Below are positions 11,395-25,071 of a stretch of DNA of 64,000 nucleotides, in pieces. The notes beneath the pieces were generated by a model. The model ran no database searches. It saw only the letters and a program-made list of their open reading frames with translations, and was not told the DNA's origin. Within the stretch, counting starts at the first letter, position 1; every line of letters starts with the position of its first letter. A program made the position numbers and the translations under genes. Source of the stretch: Antedon mediterranea (Eukaryota > Animalia > Echinodermata); the NCBI RefSeq assembly GCF_964355755.1, contig NC_092675.1:6877812-6941811 (forward strand), in the 5' to 3' direction.

Positions 11395-12731
11395 TGATCT
11401 AATAATTCAATGGTTTTTGCCTTTGTCGAAGTTTTATAAAGAATTTATACTAGCCACCATATGTTCAGTCTGATTGTCTTATCAATGCAAACATTGTGAA
11501 GATAACAAAAACAATTGATTGAATAGACACCATATATAAACATTTGCATAAGTTTCTGTGGACGTGGTCAACCGACGTGTCGAGTACAATCAAGTGAGTG
11601 CCCAATTGTCAATTATGAGTTGCCATCGATTCTATAATTTCCAGATATTTCTCTTGATTGATACGGTACACAATACAAATCGATATCGATTAATTTTGTT
11701 ATGGCCTATCATGGCCGGAATAACATTCAGTGACGAAAGCCTATGTGCGGTAGTTTAATAACAGTACAGTCTTTATGCTGATCCTATAACTTTAGAACAT
11801 GGAAAAGATCAAGATCAAAAGTAGGCTGATCTTAACAAAAATAAGAGTAGGCCTGGGTTGGGAGGGCCAGGCAGGGCTTCTAGAAAAGGCTTTTAAAAAT
11901 AAATATGACATCACTACATCCTGAATCCACACTTGTTTAATTCAATTTTGAAGACCTGTCGTACAATAAAGGTAAACATATGATCTACTGTAGATATAAA
12001 TGTGTAATGTATTACTAAATCAAGAAAACTAGTAATTTGAAATAAGCCCCATCACAGCTAGACTTGATATCTTGTTCTTGTTGACGTCATTGCCACCATT
12101 TGTAGTTGTTAATTGTAATTATATAATCATTCAATGGCTTTCAATATCTAATCTTCATCACGCTAAGTGTTGAAGATTTGCGGAGAAATATCAATTATAT
12201 AAATTAGCAAATGATAAAGGAGACCACTTTGATTTGCAAGGCTTAATTTCCAACAAGATTGTGATTAGGAACCTTTACGCTGGTAAGACTCGACACCAAG
12301 ACTACAGTATAAAACAAAGCAAAGCGTATGACGACTACAAACCATGGCGACAACTAGTACTACCAGTGTATTTTAAAATTAAATGTAATTAGAAATTGAA
12401 AGATTGGTACGGATTTAACGTGTTGTTCTACCGAATCTGTATTCATATATTTTTTTCTTCCAATATTTAACACTAACATATCACACAATCACTTCTTAAT
12501 ATCGCTGTCTCAGAACTTTCAAAATAATAATCTCAACATTGGTGAATTATATTTCTTGATTCCATCATACAATTAAGTAAATATAAACAATCATAATAAT
12601 TACAATTAGTTGATATGAATTTAGATATTTAAAATAGAACATTGTATTGATCAATTACAGTATATCGTCACTAGAAAGCAGATCCTAGGTTATCGAAAGC
12701 TAACTATTCTAGCCCATGCCAGCTGATATGT

Positions 12732-14072
12732 TTAGGTGTTTAGGTTGGCGAAATGACATATGTTTACCAGTCTTATAGCAAGATTTCTCCACTTCCATAA
12801 TAACAGAGGTACCATCTTCGTAATGATACCCTGTACAGGATACTATTCCCAGACAAGCGTTTGCACAGTGAAGCAGGCCGGCTACGACTTCGAAACTCCT
12901 TTAATCCTGATCACCGAAGACAGGCATCGTCACCATTTACCAATTTAAAGGTTTTGGATTTAGGAAAGGCTGAAATAGTATGATAGTTATTTGCATGCGT
13001 ATACATGGTATGAGTGCCATAGTTATTAGATTATAATACACATGTTGTAATCAACTGGTATTTCTTTTGGAAGGAAAACAAACTGTCATAAGACAAAATG
13101 AAAGATCTACAAAACAGAAGAGACCAGCAAACTGTAGATGGTTCCACTGATCGAAAGAGGCAGTTGGAAAAGGATAGATAAAGTAAGGAGGTAAAGAGAC
13201 AGAACAACCTTCGGATAAGAGAGAGGAGAGAGAAACGAAGATACCAGGGAAGTATTATGAGACAATTGCTGTAAGAGTTGACAAGAAGAGAGGAAGATCA
13301 AAACGAAGATACTAGGGAGGTATTATTAGACATTGGTTTACGAGTCGACACGAAGAGAGGAAGATCAAAACGAAGACACCAGTGAGGTATTATGAGAGAC
13401 AATGACTGTAAGAGTTGCCATGAAGAGAGGAAGATCAAGTGGAAAAGGAAGAATGGAGAGAACAGGGAAGTATGTAAGAAGGTAAAAACTGAAAACGGTT
13501 GGAGAGACAGAAAACTTACGAATGCAACGAAAGCCGTCAGAATGAATCTTGTACAGTGGCGGATTACAACCACAGTAATATCCAGTACCGTTACGAATAC
13601 AAAACCACGCTTATCATCACAACGGTTTAATGTCGAGTTAGCACAAATGTCGAAATCTAATGAAGAAAAATTATCTGTTGCAGGGAAATTTATTTACAAA
13701 GGTGATGTGAATTAGGCGAATATGGAAAATAGAATCTTAAAAGGCCAGTTCAACTCAAGTTTTTACCCGTGTAAATGTACCAATTATTGTATAATTTTTG
13801 TCGACAGGTCACCAGCTTATCTGGGTAACTACCTGCAACGCACCCACAACAGATGACAATAAAATAGATGACAAAAAAACCCCCCAACGATGACGATTGC
13901 GGTGATGATCATGTTATGATAAAAAATAATTAAAAGTAACCTAAACATGTGAAACCATCTGAATCCAGTGTATAGCCTTGTACACATGCGCACGTGTAGT
14001 CACCACCATTTGACATACATTGTCCATACGTTTCATCACAGTTATTGAGGGTGGAATTTGAACAAGCATGGA
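12732..14072 (-). pseudogene. Truncated third copy of the F-lectin/EGF/PAN gene (EGF3, EGF4 and PAN exons only)
   Basis: Exon 14072-13941 is intact. Exon 13656-13520 is 137 bp against 138 bp in the paralogs (frameshift). The PAN exon (~12969-12732) has indels. Exons 1-6 are absent, while upstream sequence 14258-14400 matches 29400-29545. Confidence 0.85.
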
Positions 14073-15014
14073 CTAAAAATAAACATAATGAATTCACTTA
14101 TTTGTTCTAATACAAAAACAAAAAACTTCATACAAGATATGATGATTTGAGACTCGTGTGAGATTTAATGCCGTTTAAATCATTACAGAATGAGCATTGC
14201 TGGCGTACACGTTCAAACTGTATTATATGCAAACATCGCAAACATTTTTGTAATCTTCGTGCAAAGCATGAACAAAAGTGTTCACTACAGAGATAGATAA
14301 TATCATTATAAAATAAATATATATACTTCCAGACATAGAAGAAACTCTACAAACTTGAAACTCTTGAAAAATAACATCAGTCTAATAAATCGAGCATTCA
14401 AGAACATCTAGTAACAATAACATTTGCAACGAAAAGTACAAAATAGGTGGCGCTGTTGTATTTCAAAAGCAATACACGAAAAAAGTACTATTAAACGATC
14501 GTACTATTCCACACCATGTGACCCACAATCGTCCAATCAAATGACAAGAATTTATTTAGGTGTTTATAATATCATGTTATTATGATATTATTATATATCT
14601 GTTTAATTATTAACATTCCCTTGTTAATTCAACGTTCCCAACACTTATACCAAGTATTCAATCTCAACATAACATTTGTGTATTATATTTTGATATTTAA
14701 TGTGCTCTTGCTTCTATCATACAATTACGCAACTGCAATGGTCATAATATTTACAATTAGTTATAATTCATTTAGATATTTAAAGTAGAACATTATACTG
14801 ATTAATGACAGTAGATCATAACTGGATAGCTTTTTGACAACCTGACCTAACATTGAGTTGAAGGTCGTAGTGCACCTAATCTACTAAGGACATCGAGTGA
14901 GGAAACATACCATATCCGGACGTACTATGGCATGTGCACAAATAAATTAACACGACGAAACTAGGTTATCCCATATCGAAAGCTCCTTATTCTAGCCCAT
15001 GCCAGCTGATATGT

Positions 15015-18000
15015 TTAGGTTGGCGGAACGACATATGTTTTACCAGTCTTATAGCAATATTCCTCAACTGCGGAACTGTCTTTCATAATAACACAGGTAC
15101 CACCTGCGTAATGATACCCTGTACAGGATGCTATTCCCAGACAAGCGTTTGCACAGTAAAGCAGGCTACGACTTCGAAACTCCTTTAATCCTCCCCTAAG
15201 ACAGGCATCGTCACCATTAACCAATTTAAAGGTTTTGGATTGAGGAACGGCTAAATATAAAAACAGTATGATGGTTGTTTTAACATATGCATGTTGTAAA
15301 TGACATAGTATAATACACATGCTGTAATCAACTGGTATTAGGTTTAGAAGAAAACAAACTGCTATACATTTTCTTTGCGACAAAAAGAAAGATCTACAAA
15401 ACAGAAGAAGTTTAAAAGGGATGTTAATTTGGAAAAAAATGGATAAAGGAAGAAGGTAAAGAGACAACCTTCGGATAAAAGAGAGGGAAAAACGAAGACA
15501 CCAGGAAGGTATTATGAGAGACAATCGCTGTAAGAGTTTCCACGAAGAGAGGAAGATCAAAACGAAGATACCAGGAAGGCATTATGAGAGACAATGGCTG
15601 TACGAGTTGACAAGAAGGGAGGAAGATCAAAACGAAGATACTAGGGAGGTATTATGACGAACAATGGCTGTAAGAGTTGACAAGAAGGGAGGAAGATCAA
15701 AACAAAGATACTAGGGAGGTATTATGACGAACAATGGCTGTAAGAGTTGACAAGAAGGGAGGAAGATCAAAACGAAGAAACCATGGAGGGATTATGAGAG
15801 ACAATGGCTGTACGAGTTGTCAAGAAGAGAGGAAGATCAAAACGAAGATACTAGGGAGGTATTATGACGAACAATGGCTGTAAGAGTTGACAAGAAGGGA
15901 GGAAGATCAAAACTAAGATACCACAGCGGTATTATAACCGTAAGTAAGAGTTGCCATGAAGAGAGGAAAATCAAAACGAGGATACCAGGAAGTATTATGA
16001 GACAATGGCTGTAAGAGTTGTCAAGAAGAGAGGAAGATCAAAACTAAGATACCAGGGAGGTATTATGAGACAATGGTTGTAAGAGTTGCCATGAAGAGCG
16101 GAAGATCAAATCGAAGACACCAGTGAGGTATTATGACGAACAATGGCTGTAAGAGTTGCAAAGAAGAGAGGAAGATCAAAACGAAGATATCAGGGAGGTA
16201 TTATGACGAACAATGGCATGTAAGAGTTGCCAAAAAGAGAGGATCAAGATCAAGTGGAAAAGGAAGAATGGAGAGAACAGGGAAGTATGTAAGAAGGTAA
16301 AAACTGAAAACAGTAAGAGAGACAAAAAAACTTACGAATGCAACGAAAGCCGTCAGAATTAATCTTGTACAGTGGCGGATTACAACCACAGTAATATCCA
16401 GTACCGTTACGGACACAAAATCCTCTCTCATCATCACAGCGGTTTAATGTGGAGTTAGCACAAATGTCGAAATCTAATGAAAAAAAAATTATCTGTAGCA
16501 GGGAAATTTATTTACAAGGGTGATCAAGACATGGCGAATATGGAAGATGGCTAAATGTAAAAAAAAAAATTCAAAATAACAACCTAAACATGTGAAACCA
16601 TCTGAATCCAGTGTATAGCATTGTACACATGCGCATGTGTAGTCACCACCATTTGACATACATTGTCCATACGTTTCATCACAGTTGTTGAGGGTAGAAT
16701 TTGAACAAGCATCGACTAAAAATAAAGATAATGTCGGTTACCATCAATATTTTGAGTAGACCTACGCGTCAAATGTGTTTTCATAATGCTACTTAGAGAA
16801 ATTGAATTACGGATGTAAAAAAATCAAGCAGTTCCAAAATTTGTTCTGAATTGTCATCTTAAATTTAAGAAAAGTTAATAAGCAAATATATTTGTTAACG
16901 GCGTAATCAACTTGACTTTAGTAAAACAAAAATGCATTTGTTCACTCGAGCAACGCAAGTTAGTCCAATCACAAACGACATTTCGGATGATCCATCGCTT
17001 CGTGGTTGGTCAAATTACTTGCGTTGCGCCTACTTGCCTCCGTTGCGTTTTAGTTAGAAGTAAACTTCTATCCTGCTCTAGGCCTTAACTTACTTAAGCA
17101 GGTGTGGTTATCGTTTTGCAAAATGTAGTTGGTATCACATCCGCATTTATAACTGGTGTCCGTGGGAGTGCAGTGTCCATGTTGCTGATCACAGTTATTC
17201 AGAGCCGAATCGAAGCATGGATCAACTTTATAACATCAGAAAAAAAGGTAAGATGAATTAAAAAGAATCACAAACGTTAAGGCAGCAATGATGTAGTAAT
17301 AGAAACGAATATAGTACTGACTCTTTTTATTCAGAATAATACTTGTATATAATTATAGCATACATTTTCTATCTATTTGTTCACTCAAAATTGTAAATTT
17401 AAGCAACCAAAAGTAAAAAAAAAAATGTATCCGGAACCCCAATTAAGGCCAGAAAAAAGAAGAATCAAACGAAATCTACCAAAAATGGTATGATTTGGTG
17501 CCTTCAAACTGATCATGGAATGGTACGGTCCAATTGGTGGTGATGTTAGTAACGTTTTAGTGAGTTATGGTTGTAATGCTAATAGTGGTACGTCAATACA
17601 ATGTTTGGCGGTGGCTTTAGTACTGTATCAATAGTACCGGTACGGATGTCATACCTGTACAAGACTCTCCATCAATTTTTAAAGTGTAACCAGAGTTACA
17701 CCCGCAGTAGTAAATAGTGCCATTGTTGTTGCAGACACCATTTGTGACGTCACATGTATTCCCAAGTGCACAAATATCAGGTTCTGAAAGAAACAATATA
17801 CTGTAATGATAATTAATGTTTAAAAATAGTATTAATTAACAGTTATATACCAAGATTAATTGATATTTATTATTTATTTACACATCAGCTTCTGCTATCT
17901 GCTGCGTATATCTATCTGTAAAGGTCTGATTGTACTAGGACTATAATGAACAACGATAAATAGATATACATTTTTATTACAGAAAACATAAGAAATTAGA

Positions 18001-19571
18001 AAAGATTTCAACCTAAAACTATTAGGATAACCATTGAGACTGTATTCAATGAAAATAATCTTTGGTATACACACCTGAGCCAAAAACTTGGAATTCACAT
18101 AGCTGGACAGGTGAATCAGTATTACTGACCCTCACATATCTACCACTAACGGCCGAGCATGATCTTTCAATTTTTGGACCGTTGTTAATATCATCACTTA
18201 AGGTAAATGGTATACCGCACTGAACGCATAAAGAGTTTGAACCAATGCAGATATTAACGACGGCTGATACTAGCTGTTCTCTTAATATACCATCTATGAC
18301 AAATTGAGAAATCCAAACTATTCTTTAATTTTTATTTTTATTTTATTTTTTTTTTTGTAGGGAACCATAACCATGTGCAAATGAAAGATTTTAAAGAAAT
18401 GAATTTAATCCGCGGCATAAGGGCGAGAGATTCAGTCACATGGACACCGGAAGTTGGCACCACCATCATCGCTACATGTTAAGATAACGAGTAGGTATGT
18501 AGAGGCAGAGCGCAAACTACCAAGAGATTTATAAACAGAAATTTTCTAATGAAACGTAATTGGAATATGAAGACGCATTTTGTATACAAATTAACAGATA
18601 TATTTACCTGACCTATTGTAAACTGTTATAGTTGTGACGGAGTACAATCTCCCCAAATCCACCATCCACCAATTAAAACTATTACTCTCTGTAAACAGAA
18701 ATTACTAATACATGAACACTCCATCCACATTTATTGATACCTATATACATATTTTTATATTTTCACTTCGAGATTTAGTTGCAAGGTGTTCGGTATAAAG
18801 AGAGACATCGCTTTCTCTTACCTGTTAAGGAGCATGAACCGCGTGACAAATCGGGATCAAAATTACCGTCAATTGCTCGACTTGCGACATTACCGTCCAC
18901 TGTTGTGCTCTGTGATGCTACCAGCCCGTCTAATATCTGCTTGTCTAATTAGAAAATTAAGTTTGGCTTAACAAATAAATGGTGTCGGTACCGGTTATCA
19001 ATATGTTTATATAATATGGTTAATATTTCATGCATATAATTCATCACTCACAATATACTTCAACCAAGCCGCTCGGCCACGCACAAACACATAAACATTG
19101 TTTTGGACAGCTTTTTATCAATTTAAATTTAATGTAAGTAAATTTCTACACTTCCATGTATCAAATTAAACCAGCTAGGACAAAATGGTTCGGCTATTTT
19201 ACAATAAGAATTTGTTTAGTATAATAATATCGTCCCCACGATATTCATATAATTAACTAAACAACCTTAATGTACGTTTGTATGGCCAGCTTGAGGTTAA
19301 GACAGTGGAACCATTATTCCGTAGCCATAACATTGGCTAGAGTTTTAGGCTTACTCCCTTTATGGTTCTTTTGGTAGTCCTGGGATATCTTTGTTATATG
19401 GACATGTAGACCTATACCTACATACAATTTAAACGAGTAAAACATGTCTAAACAATCGTGGTGTTTCAACTGAGATAGGGTCTACACAGAGAAATACGAT
19501 GTCTTACCTTGAGCCGCTATCCCACAATTGTAGAATATTATAACAACGAAAATACGGAACATTTTAAACAT
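15015..19571 (-). CDS. Secreted protein: signal peptide + F-type lectin domain + 4 EGF-like + PAN/apple domain (copy A, 417 aa)
   Basis: Exons 19571-19508, 18944-18822, 18688-18608, 18293-18075, 17783-17655, 17225-17094, 16715-16584, 16473-16336 and 15250-15015 are all GT-AG and phase 1, with an open frame. F-type lectin motifs: ASQSTT, ASRAIDGN, SCSLT, WWMVDLG, YNRSD, GRYVRV, QLCEFQVFG. Four 6-Cys EGF exons follow, then a terminal RSLLYCANAC..CTGYHY..C PAN-like exon. Confidence 0.88.
15490..16260. repeat. Intronic ~59-61 bp minisatellite (~13 copies)
   Basis: Unit approximately AAGATCAAAACGAAGATACCAGGGAGGTATTATGAGAGACAATGGCTGTAAGAGTTGACAAGAAGAGAGG. Shorter arrays sit in the paralogous introns at ~13230-13440 and ~25630-25820. 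Confidence 0.9.
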
Positions 19572-20099
19572 TATTATGAACAGATAGTATATATACGTCT
19601 TAACTCACTGAAGATTAATTAGAAGATGCATCAACTTTAGGTAGCAGATGACACCCTAGAAGAATATAAATAAATATACAAGCCCCCCACAAAGTTTACA
19701 AATTGATTTTGATGTGATTTCCATATTACATAATTTGTATACAATTGGCAGACCAACACTGTTTACATTTGACTTGCAAATGCAGTATATTTTCATTTAT
19801 GTAAATTGTTGACGTGTGGGGGAAAAAACAAATATCAATATGGAAAACAAATACCACTTTACTTGGCACTTTAAGAATAATACAGAAGTTTTAGACTCTT
19901 AATTTAAATCTAAATTCAAATAAACATTTATTTCTATTGTTTTATTTAGATAAACAATTTAAAGAACAGGAAATTTAGATTGAATATGTTCATAGACGAA
20001 AATAAATTATTGGAGTTTGTTGATATCGTGCATAGTTAAGAGTTATAAGGTTAGAAAAAAGGATAAGAATGGGTAGTAAGAAGTACCTGAAATCATCCG

Positions 20100-21420
20100 A
20101 ACAGCTTTCTTTTGAAGGACGTAATTTTATTTAGATTTGAAGAATACTAATGTTTACCCATACAAGATTAGCTGATAAATGTGAGAAAAGGGAACAGTAG
20201 ATATTGCGTATAATATGAGCGGGTAAAAAGGAAGAAAGACGATCATAAAATATGCCAATATGCGTTGATATTTTTAATTCAATTTTTGTTATATGATTTT
20301 TGAAATTTAGCTCTTGGTCTTTTAAAACACTTAGGAATTTGGTTTGCTTAACATTAGGAATTATTTGAACACCTATCAGAATTTGATGAGAATCTTCGGT
20401 CAGTTTTTTGTGACTAAATCCAAACATCATAAAGTTGAATTTTTTTTAGGCTTATTGAAAGTTTATTCACATTAATGTAATCATTGATATTAATTAATTC
20501 TTACATAAAAGTTTGAAATGGACTCAACGTTAACATATTTGTATAAAATAAAGTCGTATAATCTGATAAAGATAACAAGTAAGGATATGCGTTTGGTTAA
20601 TCATTGATATTTACCAAGGCCATATACATGACTGCAGTCGCTCAAGTAGTGTTTACCGACCAAACCGACCGACTGGCCGACATAGTGAGATGTAGATTCG
20701 CGTTGCACGCGACTAAAATAAAGAGGGTTAGGACCATAGGGGGGACACCACATGCGATAGGCTTGACACCACATGCGATAGGCTTAAGATCATAGGAATG
20801 ATTGTTACATAAGTACACTGAAATCTATTTGGTTAGTAACTGTTTAAAACTTTAAGAGCAACACCACGGATACCATCATTTGAAAGTTTTGAAATTTAAA
20901 AATACGACCATCAATCGATCAAACACTGTTTGTTGCTTAGCTTGGGCAAACAGATTACGTTTTAGGGTAAGATCCTCTTGAATAGTATCGCAGAGCCTTT
21001 TAATTTCATTCGTACTGTTATAAAGTGTCTTCGACTTCTATATGAAGTAAATAATTATTGGAGAGCTAATACTGCCGGTCGTCGTCTTAGCGCAAAGGTA
21101 CGTAACTAATAAACGGCTATGTCCGTCTTCCTTCCCTAACCGTCCTGTTTCGTAAAGTCCTTAATGGCCTAGGTCGACGTGCTTTCGTCCTGTTCGGTGA
21201 GAACGGTCAATGTCGTGTACGTTGATGTCTACTAGAAGCTTGTTGCTTGCTAATTTGCTAATTCATCAGCAGTGTTTTCTTTGTCAGATTCTGGTATTTC
21301 AAAAAGTCTGATGTTGCTACTGCGTGAATATGGCTCTAGATCATCAACTGAGTGAGTTGTTTATATTATGCATTTCATTTTTGATCATCTACAATGGAGC
21401 TGATGAACACAAATTAATTT
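20100..21420 (-). mobile_element. Degraded CR1/L2-group LINE fragments (ORF1 and RT C-terminus)
   Basis: Minus-strand peptides VDDLEPYSRSSNIRLFEIPESDKENT (ORF1-like, ~21270-21350) and KFLSVLKDQELNFKNHITKIELKISTHIG...RLSSFLP (RT 3' part). Repeated in the second duplication unit. Confidence 0.7.
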
Positions 21421-24400
21421 GTTAAATCCGCTATTTTGATTTCACAAATAAACGTGTACGGTGTTAAAAGTACAGCATTTATGCAGACAGCAACGTGGAT
21501 AACTTTCTATAGTTATACAGATATCACCTAGGGACAGTAGCAGAATCGGTTGCTCTATAATTGACTCAAGATTTTTTTTAACGGTTTTGTTAAGTTAATA
21601 CATTTTTCATTTGAAAATGTATCCAAAATTTGTTTACCAGTAAGTTCAGCAATTGATGGTCCATTAAAAGCTTTTTTGATGTTATGAGTGAAAGCATATC
21701 TTGGCTGTTCATGAATTCCGACAAAGTCGAGCGAGCTTGTTGGGACTGCCGTGTAAACGGGCCAGTTGAGGCGGGAGTTTCCTTCGAGTTAGATGCCATG
21801 AGGCTAGCATTTACACACAAACTATAATTGTTTTGTAGGCTAAATCACAGTTTAGTTTTGGTACTCAGTCTTTACACAAGATAGGATTATTTAAGACTAA
21901 TTTAAGATTTAATGCATTTTAAATCATTACAGAATGAGCATTTTTGGCGTACACGTTCAAATGGGGGACCAAATGATTTTTTTTAGTCCATCAGCTCCGT
22001 TGTAGATGATCAAAAATGAAATACATAATATAAATAACTCACTCAGTTGATTATCTAGAACCATATTCGTACACGAAGAAAGTACTTATTAAATAATCGT
22101 AATATTGCACGCCATGTGACCCACAATGACAGGAATGATATTTAGGTGTTATATAATATACAAATAATGAATGTTTATGAGTGCAATGGTACAAATAATG
22201 GCACGAGGTGAATGATGAAAGGTTATATCAACGAGGCAAAGCCGAGTTGATATAACCTTTCTTCATTCACCAAGTGCCATTATTTGTACCATTACACGAA
22301 TACAAAACATTCATTATTTGTTTATTTATTTATTATTTGTTCACTTATGTATCTGTTTAATTAACAATCACTTCTTAATTTTACGTCACAGTAATTTCCC
22401 AACACTTAGACAAATAGTTATTCAATCTCAACATAATATTGGTGTATTATATTTTTATATTAAATCTTGAATCTATCATACAATTTTATAATTACAATTA
22501 GTTTTAATTCATTTAGATATTTAAAGTAGAACATTATATTGATGACAGTAGATCATCATTGGATAGCTTTCTAATTGTTGACACCCTGAACTAACATTTT
22601 GGGTTGTAGGTCGTAGTGGACCTAATCTACTAAGGAAATCGATGGAGGAAACATACCATATCCGATATGCGTTGATATTTTTAATTCAATTTTTGTTATA
22701 TGATTTTTGAAATTTAGCTCTTGGTCTTTTAAAACACTTAGGAATTTGGTTTGCTTAACATTAGGAATTATTTGAACACCTATCAGAATTTGATGAGAAT
22801 CTTCGGTCAGTTTTTTGTGACTAAATCCAAACATCATAAAGTTGAATTTTTTTTAGGCTTATTGAAAGTTTATTCACATTAATGTAATCATTGATATTAA
22901 TTAATTCTTACATAAAAGTTTGAAATGGACTCAACGTTAACATATTTGTATAAAATAAAGTAGTATAATCTGATAAAGATAACAAGTAAGGATATGCGTT
23001 TGGTTAATCATTGATATTTACCAAGGCCATATACATGACTGCAGTCGCTCAAGTAGTGTTTACCGACCAAACCGACCGACTGGCCGACATAGTGAGATGT
23101 AGATTCGCGTTGCACGCGACTAAAATAAAGAGGGTTAGGACCATAGGGGGGACACCACATGCGATAGGCTTGACACCACATGCGATAGGCTTAAGATCAT
23201 AGGAATGATTGTTACATAAGTACACTGAAATCTATTTGGTTAGTAACTGTTTAAAACTTTAAGAGCAACACCACGGATACCATCATTTGAAAGTTTTGAA
23301 ATTTAAAAATACGACCATCAATCGATCAAACACTGTTTGTTGCTTAGCTTGGGCAAACAGATTACGTTTTAGGGTAAGATCCTCTTGAATAGTATCGCAG
23401 AGCCTTTTAATTTCATTCGTACTGTTATAAAGTGTCTTCGACTTCTATATGAAGTAAATAATTATTGGAGAGCTAATACTGCCGGTCGTCGTCTTAGCGC
23501 AAAGGTACGTAACTAATAAACGGCTATGTCCGTCTTCCTTCCCTAACCGTCCTGTTTCGTAAAGTCCTTAATGGCCTAGGTCGACGTGCTTTCGTCCTGT
23601 TCGGTGAGAACGGTCAATGTCGTGTACGTTGATGTCTACTAGAAGCTTGTTGCTTGCTAATTTGCTAATTCATCAGCAGTGTTTTCTTTGTCAGATTCTG
23701 GTATTTCAAAAAGTCTGATGTTGCTACTGCGTGAATATGGCTCTAGATCATCAACTGAGTGAGTTGTTTATATTATGCATTTCATTTTTGATCATCTACA
23801 ATGGAGCTGATGAACACAAATTAATTTGTTAAATCCGCTATTTTGATTTCACAAATAAACGTGTACGGTGTTAAAAGTACAGCATTTATGCAGACAGCAA
23901 CGTGGATAACTTTCTATAGTTATACAGATATCACCTAGGGACAGTAGCAGAATCGGTTGCTCTATAATTGACTCAAGATTTTTTTTAACGGTTTTGTTAA
24001 GTTAATACATTTTTCATTTGAAAATGTATCCAAAATTTGTTTACCAGTAAGTTCAGCAATTGATGGTCCATTAAAAGCTTTTTTGATGTTATGAGTGAAA
24101 GCATATCTTGGCTGTTCATGAATTCCGACAAAGTCGAGCGAGCTTGTTGGGACTGCCGTGTAAACGGGCCAGTTGAGGCGGGAGTTTCCTTCGAGTTAGA
24201 TGCCATGAGGCTAGCATTTACACACAAACTATAATTGTTTTGTAGGCTAAATCACAGTTTAGTTTTGGTACTCAGTCTTTACACAAGATAGGATTATTTA
24301 AGACTAATTTAAGATTTAATGCATTTTAAATCATTACAGAATGAGCATTTTTGGCGTACACGTTCAAATGGGGGACCAAATGATTTTTTTTAGTCCATCA

Positions 24401-25071
24401 GCTCCGTTGTAGATGATCAAAAATGAAATACATAATATAAATAACTCACTCAGTTGATGATCTAGAACCATATTCGTACACGAAGAAAGTACTTATTAAA
24501 TAATCGTAATATTGCACGCCATGTGACCCACAATGACAGGAATGATATTTAGGTGTTATATAATATACAAATAATGAATGTTTATGAGTGCAATGGTACA
24601 AATAATGGCACGAGGTGAATGATGAAAGGTTATATCAACGAGGCAAAGCCGAGTTGATATAACCTTTCTTCATTCACCAAGTGCCATTATTTGTACCATT
24701 ACACGAATACAAAACATTCATTATTTGTTTATTTATTTATTATTTGTTCACTTATGTATCTGTTTAATTAACAATCACTTCTTAATTTTACGTCACAGTA
24801 ATTTCCCAACACTTAGACAAATAGTTATTCAATCTCAACATAATATTGGTGTATTATATTTTTATATTAAATCTTGAATCTATCATACAATTTTATAATT
24901 ACAATTAGTTTTAATTCATTTAGATATTTAAAGTAGAACATTATATTGATGACAGTAGATCATCATTGGATAGCTTTCTAATTGTTGACACCCTGAACTA
25001 ACATTTTGGGTTGTAGGTCGTAGTGGACCTAATCTACTAAGGAAATCGATGGAGGAAACATACCATATCCG
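20258..25071. repeat. Near-identical direct tandem duplication, 2 x 2407 bp (20258-22664, 22665-25071)
   Basis: Identical ORFs recur at a constant 2407-bp offset (20604/23011, 21590/23997). I spotted only about 2 substitutions by eye. Confidence 0.95.
22161..22320. mobile_element. Hairpin MITE (duplicated at 24568-24727)
   Basis: CAAATAATGAATG...GAAAGGTTATATCAAC-GAGGCAAAGCCGA-GTTGATATAACCTTTC...CATTCATTATTTG, a long palindrome. Confidence 0.75.

Noticed and set aside
15490-16260. CRISPR-like regular repeat array
   Set aside because: Units are head-to-tail with no unique spacers, lie in a eukaryotic intron, and have no cas genes nearby. It is a minisatellite.
13107-16437. Hydrophobic ORFs 13107-13301, 13298-13573, 13392-13715, 15424-15630 and 16201-16437
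   Set aside because: They are translations of the minisatellite or off-frame/antisense readings of EGF exons.
11383-19571. Shared MFKM N-terminus between the Cys-rich peptide and the lectin genes
   Set aside because: Similarity is limited to four codons in AT-rich sequence, with no flanking homology seen.
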